Origin: Nemertoderma westbladi
Lineage: Eukaryota > Animalia > Xenacoelomorpha
NCBI GenBank assembly: GCA_032718475.1
Contig: JAUCBJ010008945.1
Span: 1-53,242 of the forward strand
Length of the DNA stretch: 53,242 nt
Direction: 5' to 3'
Under the pieces are notes generated by a model. That model was not told the DNA's origin, ran no database searches, and worked only from the letters and a program-made list of their open reading frames with translations. Positions 45,186 through 53,242 of this stretch are shown piece after piece; the stretch's first letter is position 1, and every line of letters starts with the position of its first letter. Made by a program: the position numbers and the translations under genes.

Positions 45186-46592
45186 TCTACAGTTTCCTAG
45201 CAACAAGTTGAAGTCGACACATAATAATTATGGTTAATTGAAATTCTTATAATTTAACGCCTAAATGACAAGGCAGTTACCGATGACCCCTCGTAAATTC
45301 TACTTGGAAAATTTCTAAACTTTTGACAGACTATTTGTGTACCAAGTTTGGTTTGATTTCATCGTGTTATTAACGTTTAAATACCACTATGCTAAGGCTC
45401 ACCTTAATTCGTGGCCCGCCCCACATGTAACGATTTTTACTGTGACAGAGTTACATGCTGGACATATAAAAAGGCCCTGGCAATTATCTGTTTAAAAAAA
45501 ACTTTCGAAATTAAGTTAATTATATGATTGGATGGATCTGCACGGTAGGAGCCCGGCGTCCCCTCCCCTCGCCGGTGTCGATAAGACTACTAAGATTACT
45601 AAGACCAAATGTTATCGCTATTGATACTTCTAAAAACTATATTTATTGTTGCTTTACATTTACTCACTTTGATTGAGTTCAAATAAACAAATTTGTATAA
45701 TTATTCTACCTCAGAGCCAAATAAATTGAAATTTAGAAATTTCCCACTTTGAGATGTTGTGAAAAAGGAAAGGCAATTTTGTATTTAAAAGTTTGACCAC
45801 CTTTGTGATAACGACAACCCCACACGCCCCCTCATCCCCCCATTTAAAGATACTCCTAAGAAATCACGAAACTAAATTAAAAATGCTAAGGATGTCAATT
45901 GGTATGGCAAGCAAACTTAAAACATTATTATCATCAGAGTTCATAGATCCAGAGTTGTGAAAACTAATATTACATTAGTAAAAATATGGACCCCACCAAT
46001 ATTACCTTTGTAACAAACACAGCAAAGTTGAATTTATTCGGCAGTGGAGTGCAACTACTTTTATTCACTATTGTTGGAAGAAAATAAAAATATCGCTCGT
46101 CAGAAAATAAAATCTACCAACAAATGAGAATACTATTAATAATTAGGTCTATCAATGTTTATGAAATAACAACCGCTCCAATCCCGTACCCACAACCTGT
46201 AGTCACAATGTCATAGCGGAATGTTGATTCTCCACTTTAGCGGCAGATGGCGCTCAACGATTTAAAGCATCTATGAGCAGATGTAGTTCTTGTGTCGATA
46301 AGCGAGAAACCAGACGAGACCAACAACTGTTAGAGCTAAGAGTTCGGATTTCAACCAGGCTCCCTTCCATACACCCTAGAAATAAATATATAAAGTTACT
46401 ACTTTTATATATTTTTTATATTTTTATATGGTTTTTTTAATAATAATGTTATGTTAGTACCGTAGTTACTTCAATAAGAGCATTAGCAACTTAAACGCCT
46501 GTTCGTAAACTGCTGTCCGTTTTACGTTTACGCCCGTACTGAACCGCCTTTATTGCCTATATTTTTCGTCCTGGGTCTATAGCAATAGTGTT

Positions 46593-49058
46593 AACCGAAA
46601 TTCCGACAATCTTCAGGATTTTATCTCTGGAAATGGATTGTTTTCGGCTGGAACTCAGTTCAAGAAGCGAACTGGAAAGCTATGGACACATAGTGGACGC
46701 AGTGGTCACAAGTCCCAGATAGACCATATTCTGTTTCGTAGGAAATACAGGAGCTCTATACAAGACTCTAATGCATTTACACTTCGACCCTGCTCCAGTG
46801 ATCACCGCCTTATTGTGGCCAAGGTACGACTTAGTCTGCGTGCTAGCAGAACAACGAAATCTGCCTTGCCGCGGCATGACTGGTCCTCTCTGTTGCAACA
46901 GCCAAGTGTGAGATCCAGCTTCACAATACAGCTGAGCAACAGGTATGAGGTTCTTGCCTCTGAGGCGGCAGATCACTGTGAGGGCTATACTGCCTTCACA
47001 GAAGCAGTTAAGTTAGCAGCTGCAGAAACAGTTCCTGTATATCCTCGAAACAGGAAAAGGGCCCCCTGGACTGACAACAAAATTCAGAAGTGCCGAAATG
47101 ACTTCTATAAGGCGCAGAAAGAGTTCCGACTCAAACAGACTACAGCGGCTAAGAATGCAGTTAAGGCTGCATCTAGGTCCCTGAACAGGCAGTACTCTGT
47201 TAATGTACAGGAGCTAATAAACCAACAGGTTGATGGCATCAATGATGCTGACGACAGCAGACAATCATCCCAGGCATGGAAATCGATCAACTTGCTTACT
47301 GGGCGGAAAAGCCAACCAACCACCAAGGTTAAAGCTGAATCACCAGCCGATCGCCTCAATGGTTGGAAGGCCCACTTTGAAAAGCTCCTCAATAATGACA
47401 GGGTATTGCCTGATAACTTTATAGAAGTAAAAGTGTCTGAGTCTGTACTCCCAGATATTCCCATTGGTGATATCTCCTTTGCAGAAGTGAAGGATGCTGC
47501 AAAGAGTATTAAGACCAATCGTGCCAGTGGAGTAGATGGTGTTCCCCCTGAGGTCTTTAAAATACCCGAGTGTTTAAAGCTCATTTATCCCATCATAGTA
47601 GACATGTACCGAACAACAAGAGTCCCACAAGAAATGAAAACAAATAAGTTGGTGCCAGTTCCCAAGAAGGGCAACCTAACACTCTATGGTTCTTTTCGGG
47701 GAATCTCATTGATCTCGATTGCTGCAAAGCTATACAATATAATAATTCTATTAAATCGCATCAGGGGTCCCATTGAGAGACTGCTCCGTGGAAATCAGAA
47801 TGGGTTCCGTAAAGATCGTGGGACCATGGAGCCCATTTTGGCAGAAGGATAATTGAAGAGTTATCCAAAAAGAAAGACAGGCATCTATCTGGCTGTTATC
47901 TTTATTGACTTCTTCAAGGCCTTTGATTCAGTCTCTCGCTCACGTATGTTCAGCATACTTTCATTATATGGGATTCCTGATGAAATTATTGTAGCAATCA
48001 GATCAGTATACGATGGTTCGACAACATTTGTGTCTACTTTTGACGGTGACACAGAACCATTTGAAGTGTTATGGGGCGTCCTCCAGGGAGACACACTTGC
48101 ACCATTCTTGTTCATAATTGTGGTTGACTATGTTCTACGCATGTCCTTAGATCATCATAATGATGATGGGGTGATGATAACTCCACCTACTGGCTCCGGA
48201 AGTCGAGGAAATCCTACCAAGTACCTAACTGATCTAGACTTTGCTGATGACTTAGGAGTACTCTCAGAATCACTAGAGGGAGCCCAACGGCTCCTCAGCT
48301 CATTAGAACATGCTGCTTCTAGTGTTGGTCTTTTTATTAACTCCAGAAAGACCAAAATTTTGACAGTTAACTTTGAAAGTCCTCAGCAAGTCTCTGATCG
48401 GATGAGCATAAGCTCAAAGGATGGTATGCTTGAGCATGTGGATGACTTCTGTTACCTGGGATCATGGATCCGGAAGTCAGGTGAGGACCTTCGAATACGT
48501 AAGGGAAAGGCATGGGCAGCCTTGAATAGGCTTTCCAGGATTTGGAAGTCACCGAGAATTAATCGGAATCTTAAGGTCCGATTATTTAGAGCAGCAGTAG
48601 TTCCAGTACTCCTCTATGGGAGTCCATGCTGGGCTCTAACTGCTGAGGACACCAAATCTCTGGATGGCACATTCACAAGAATGCTACGCCGGGTTCATTG
48701 TGTCAAGTACAATGCACACATCTCCAACCAGACACTATATAACATTGGAGGTGTCTCATTGGTTCCCCCAAGCTTGACACTAGAACAAAATCGCCTCCGC
48801 TTTGCAGGACATTGCTTTCGCTGTGAGGACCAGCCAGTGCATAATCTTGTACTTTGGCAGCCTCATGGAGTGAATAAGCATGGTGGACAGCCCATGACTT
48901 TCTTGAGACGCATCTTAAAGGACACTGGCCTTGAAGATGCGGATGATCTAGCAAATGTCATGGGTGATAGGGAGTTGTGGCGGTGCAATTTTGTCGACAA
49001 GCCGGCACAGCATTCTTAAAAATGCAGCTGCAATGCAGCATGCCGATCCTAGTAGTAG
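46593..49058 (+). mobile_element. 5'-truncated RTE-type non-LTR retrotransposon (end of APE domain plus RT), with one lesion near 47840-47855
   Basis: ORFs 46638-47852 and 47853-49019: QIDHIL, SSDHRLIV, PKKG...FRGISL, NQNGFR, FIDFFKAFDSV, GVLQGDTLAPFLF, DLDFADD, YLGS and RLRFAGHC. A short 3' UTR has the palindrome GCTGCA-A-TGCAGC and a (TAG)3 tail. Confidence 0.93.
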
Positions 49059-50970
49059 TTTCGTTTTTCTAATATAATCGAGTTACCATAAGAGCAACAG
49101 GTCAGTAATGGTTGACCGATGCGCCTGTAAATAGCCTCTCGTCAACAAGTCAACCCCACCGACTAGCGATACTGGCTGTTTTAGCTGACGGGGCTCTGTC
49201 GAACAACGCGTCCCTGATAGCAGTAAAGGGGGTCTCTTTATTGAGAGGAAGTATTATTATTGCCGCGGAACTGCCCCAACTCATCACCTCTCCCACTCTC
49301 GCTCTCCGACGAAAATGAACATAAAATCAACATACACCAACCCACTACCCTACCCCGACAGCCGACACCCACCCACACCTACGATCTGAAAGATTGTACC
49401 CAATAAAAAAAAACAGGATAAGTTGAATCATACAACTAAAGCGGTAAGCTTGCAAGACGAAAGCATGATTTACTGAGAATATCAGTCATAATCTCACTTA
49501 ATGGAATACTGTACGTACATATTGTTCAAAACTTTTACTAAATTAATTGCAATGCTCACCTATCATTTCGCCGAGTGTCAATACATACTCTTACATACTC
49601 ATGCATGTTAAAAATTAAGGTATAATGGTACTGTACAAATCTGACAAATACTGGGATTGTAATTCAACTAGCATGATATAAACTAACGAACAAATTGGCA
49701 ATTAATATGGCTGATATTTACTTCTTTTTCATGTATATTTTTCAGAAATATTTCAATTGCATTAATTTACATATTTCCAGGCCCTTTCATCCCATTTTAC
49801 CAAATTTTTTACTTTCAGGGATTTTAATTTCCATGCGGTATAGGGTTCCGCAACTTTTAGTGGCAACACTAGAGACATCTAACCCAGGGTAGGGTATTCC
49901 TTAAATACCCCCTGTAGGTGTTGGGCTGGGCACCTATGGGTAAGATACAGCATAGCGCACTACCCAACTAACAAATTTCCAACTAAATCTTCCACTTTTC
50001 TTCTCCAAAACGCTCAAACTACCGTCCCAACTTCAGAAAAACAGAATAAAATTGGATTAGTTAGTAATAAATACTATTACTATTTAATACAGGTTCTATA
50101 CCTATAATGATAACGGACAATATCTCTCCTAAATACCCAACAAAACAATCCATCTAAACACTATTCCCCTACCAATTAACAGATTACGAATACATCTCAC
50201 TACACCACATCAAAAATCAATGTCACACCACCACTGCCTTTTCATTACATTTATAATGATATCAACAACCCAAAGATAGCCCATTTGCTATCATCTTATT
50301 GATAAAGCGCGATTTTATACCTCTGTTATATGATAGAATTATGGAGATAAATTTATACCCCTGTTATATTGAATATTCACCAAGAACAAACCAACAACAT
50401 CTATGGGAAATTTTTTAAAACGAATAAACATGTCAACTGTTGATTTATGACTCCAGGTAATGGACTATAATAAACAAACACCAGTGACTCTCGAATTACA
50501 GACGTAACCACCACGCAATGCTCCCATTCCTACACTATTAATGAAACACTAATAACCGACCTTCGGATTAGCCTCCCCTCCATTCCCCACACGGCGGGCA
50601 GCATTATTAGTCCTTCAGAATATAAGTCATCAATATCAAATACTGTCAACCCCTACAGGCAACAGACCAACTATCCCACTGACTTATACAAAATGAACCA
50701 ATAATGACGAGAGCAATATATGAGATAGAGGTTACACATTTAACCTGATAACAACCATTACGATCAGAGAAAACATGCGTCATATTAACAAACTCCCTAT
50801 CACTATTCTACTACTAACTGTTAAACAAACACCCCCCCCCCCCCCCCCCCCCCCTATCTGCCTATACTACTAACTGTTAATAACCCCCACCCCTCACCCT
50901 ATATTACTATGTCTAGATGTGGTGATTGGCAGGTTGACGCCTGTAGCATTATATATATATATATAAAGAG

Positions 50971-51184
50971 CAACAAAAACTAAACGTCTTCATCTGCGGA
51001 TTCGAAAGTGAAAAAAGATCTAAATTGATAGTTTTATAATAATAATAATAATATAGATTATTTATATAGCGCTTTTCTACGCTCGGCATACGCAAAGCGC
51101 TTTTATTATTATTATATTAAAACTATATATTTAGATCTCTTTTCATTTTCGAATCCGCAGATGAAGACGTAGTAGATTTTGTTG
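50971..51184. repeat. Long imperfect palindrome enclosing an L2-like LINE 3'-end motif
   Basis: Arms ACGTCTTCATCTGCGGATTCGAAA.TGAAAA.AGATCTAAAT and its reverse complement. The centre reads on the minus strand AAAGCGCTTTGCG...AAAAGCGCTATATAAAT..(TAT)n. Confidence 0.85.
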
Positions 51185-51740
51185 TTGTTATGGTTATTAT
51201 TTATTTATATTGAATACGACAATTCTCAGAATTTGAATAAATTTGAAAATAATTAACTGGGGAGGGCTGCTGCTGCGAATTGTTAAAATAATTGTTATAT
51301 TATTAGAGGGTGATGATGTGAGGTTTGCTCAATAAATCGACCTAGCGTTGCTCAATATTATTTCACAGAATTAGAGGTTGAAGTCAAAATAGTTGAATTT
51401 GGTTACCCCCTGACTTTTTTCTCATCAGATTTTTTTTAATGTGTTTTCTGTTGTAAAATTTTATGGTAATTCCGAATCTGAAGTCAGTTTTTCGATAACT
51501 TGTTTTGTTCTCGAGTTAGGGCAATTTTGTAATTTTCAACCAAAATTTGAAAATTTTTAATTTTGGTGCAGCACATGACCTACTATAACACGACCCGGAA
51601 TGCTGCTGCAGGCGTAAAAATTTAGTGGGGTAACTTTCAACTTTAATAACTTTTTCCCACTTTATCTGCTGGTCACAAAAATTTCACTAATTCTAGATTA
51701 GTAAATTTTCTACCTTTTGAGGAAATTTTTTTTGCTGCCA

Positions 51741-52208
51741 ATTACCATAGCAACCAGTAATGTAATTTCAATATATACATTTATTTTGCATTTTACAACT
51801 GAACACTTATATCGATTAAGTCAAAACTTGAATCAGGTATAATTTGGTTAGTTGCCTATATTCTGTGTAGGTTTTAACATCACCTAGTTACCATAGCTAC
51901 CAGCAGCGACGATTTAAAATATACACTTTTCACCTATATTTCAGATAAAAAGTTAGAATTTTTCTTTTTAGGAAATTCAATAATGCTGATCAAGATAATA
52001 ATATCTCTTCATTTCTTGCGCGCCGCCGGGTGGGGGGGGGGGGGGTATATTTTGTACTTAAGGTTGCCATAGCAACTGGTATTCAACTTTAAATATGTAT
52101 TTATTGGAATATTCTTATTGGTACTGACATACCTTCATGAAAAATTATTGGTTTGTATAATTGTAACAAATTTATAAAATTATTTTACTACCTGGTTACC
52201 GTAGTAAC
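51741..52208. repeat. Degenerate repeat of about 150 bp carrying four X-box-like palindromes; probably transposon-internal
   Basis: ATTACCATAGCAAC (51741), GTTACCATAGCTAC (51887), GTTGCCATAGCAAC (52063) and GTTACCGTAGTAAC (52195), with similar downstream AT-rich context. Confidence 0.6.
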
Positions 52209-52734
52209 CATCAAAACCATGCTTTATAATAATTTTCAACAATTTCTATAATTTATTATTCCTCAGCACTTTTAGTCACTACTACTGGTATCAACGAAAT
52301 ATTATTAATGAAACTTTACCTTTTAATTTTACTTCTAGAAGAACGATTGCTTGTCTGTCCGTACGTTGAGCTGACATTCACCAAGGATTTCATCGTTCTC
52401 TATATTGTTTCGTTGATAATCGTTCTTGCTTCATCGAAGTTTTCCTTGTTGTAAAGGAACTTAGTCAATCTCGGAAAATCGGAAAATCTATTACAAAATC
52501 AATCCATAGATAAAATTTGTTAAGTCTAGCCTGAAATGTATACAATCTACTGAGGTGAAAAGTGCTTTATCGGCATAGTCGTCCGTTGTTAGAGGTTCCA
52601 AAATAATATTATTCTCATCTGCAAATTTATAAACTATTATTTTTTGAAATGACTTGACAAGGCTATGCTTAGATCGATTGGGAATTCTTGCATTTTTCCT
52701 TATTTAAACGATTACTACAACTTTAGGTAGAAGA

Positions 52735-53242
52735 CATTTTGTTCGCGCTTTTGAAGACCTTTAGCAGTTTAACCTGCCAAAATTTATATGTCTTTTAGTT
52801 AATTAAAACACCTTTAGCATACGACGATATTTTATGCTAATACACAAAACATTAGCCGAAGTCAGCCCATGCGCGATCATTCACCCGATGGATCTACACC
52901 CGGGAGGCTGAATTCGGATGCTTAAATTTTATTATTGCAGTGTAAGGTTGCAATGTAAACTTACTGTATTATTCGATAGATCGTTAATAATTAATCTCTG
53001 ACAGATATTATTGGCTTTCGGGAAATATTAACAGTTCCTTTAGGACGTGGCGCTCTATCTATTTAAACAGAACTAGGACTTATACTAAACGCAACGATAC
53101 TGCTTATGATTAAAGTATAAAGCGTATTCTTTAGGAAATACTTTGTTACCAATCACAATCATGCACACTATTCTGCCGACCGTCAGTATATTTGATCACA
53201 CATAAAGAGAGCAGTAATTGACTCATGTAGTGTCTGCTAAAT
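52735..53242 (-). repeat. Old dispersed repeat, copy 2, running off the window
   Basis: Reverse-complement match to about 4820-5330. Confidence 0.85.

Noticed and set aside
49090-50050. GC-richer patches that might be exons
   Set aside because: No frame gave a recognisable protein or a consistent splice structure.
51140-51180. Hammerhead ribozyme-like CAGATGAAGAC motif
   Set aside because: It lacks the CUGANGA core and a properly placed GAAA with flanking stems.

Overview
AT-rich, repeat-dense eukaryotic DNA, probably from an invertebrate animal. Three conserved host genes are recognisable and are unusually intron-poor: a single-exon H+/myo-inositol transporter (SLC2A13/HMIT-like) with an in-frame 21-bp minisatellite, a two-exon NDC80 (630 aa) and a single-exon FAXC/failed-axon-connections homologue. 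Two small ORFs look like secreted peptide precursors. The rest is mostly mobile DNA: a young GalEa-type Ty1/copia element (identical 162-bp LTRs, 5-bp TSD), a decayed Sola2-like DNA transposon with a 42-bp higher-order minisatellite and a nested hAT MITE, two RTE-type LINE copies, two tRNA-derived SINEs, Helentron-associated elements, MITEs and a palindromic 21/22-bp satellite. The most unusual segment is 1-4773. Four ORFs there join by three -1 shifts into one reading frame of more than 1,300 codons (unknown domain, DEDDy 3'-5' exonuclease, three zinc knuckles, basic tail). It ends just before a purine tract and a TGTAA...TTACA LTR-like sequence, which suggests an LTR retroelement carrying a nuclease cargo gene. 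All calls come from reading the sequence by eye; no searches were run.
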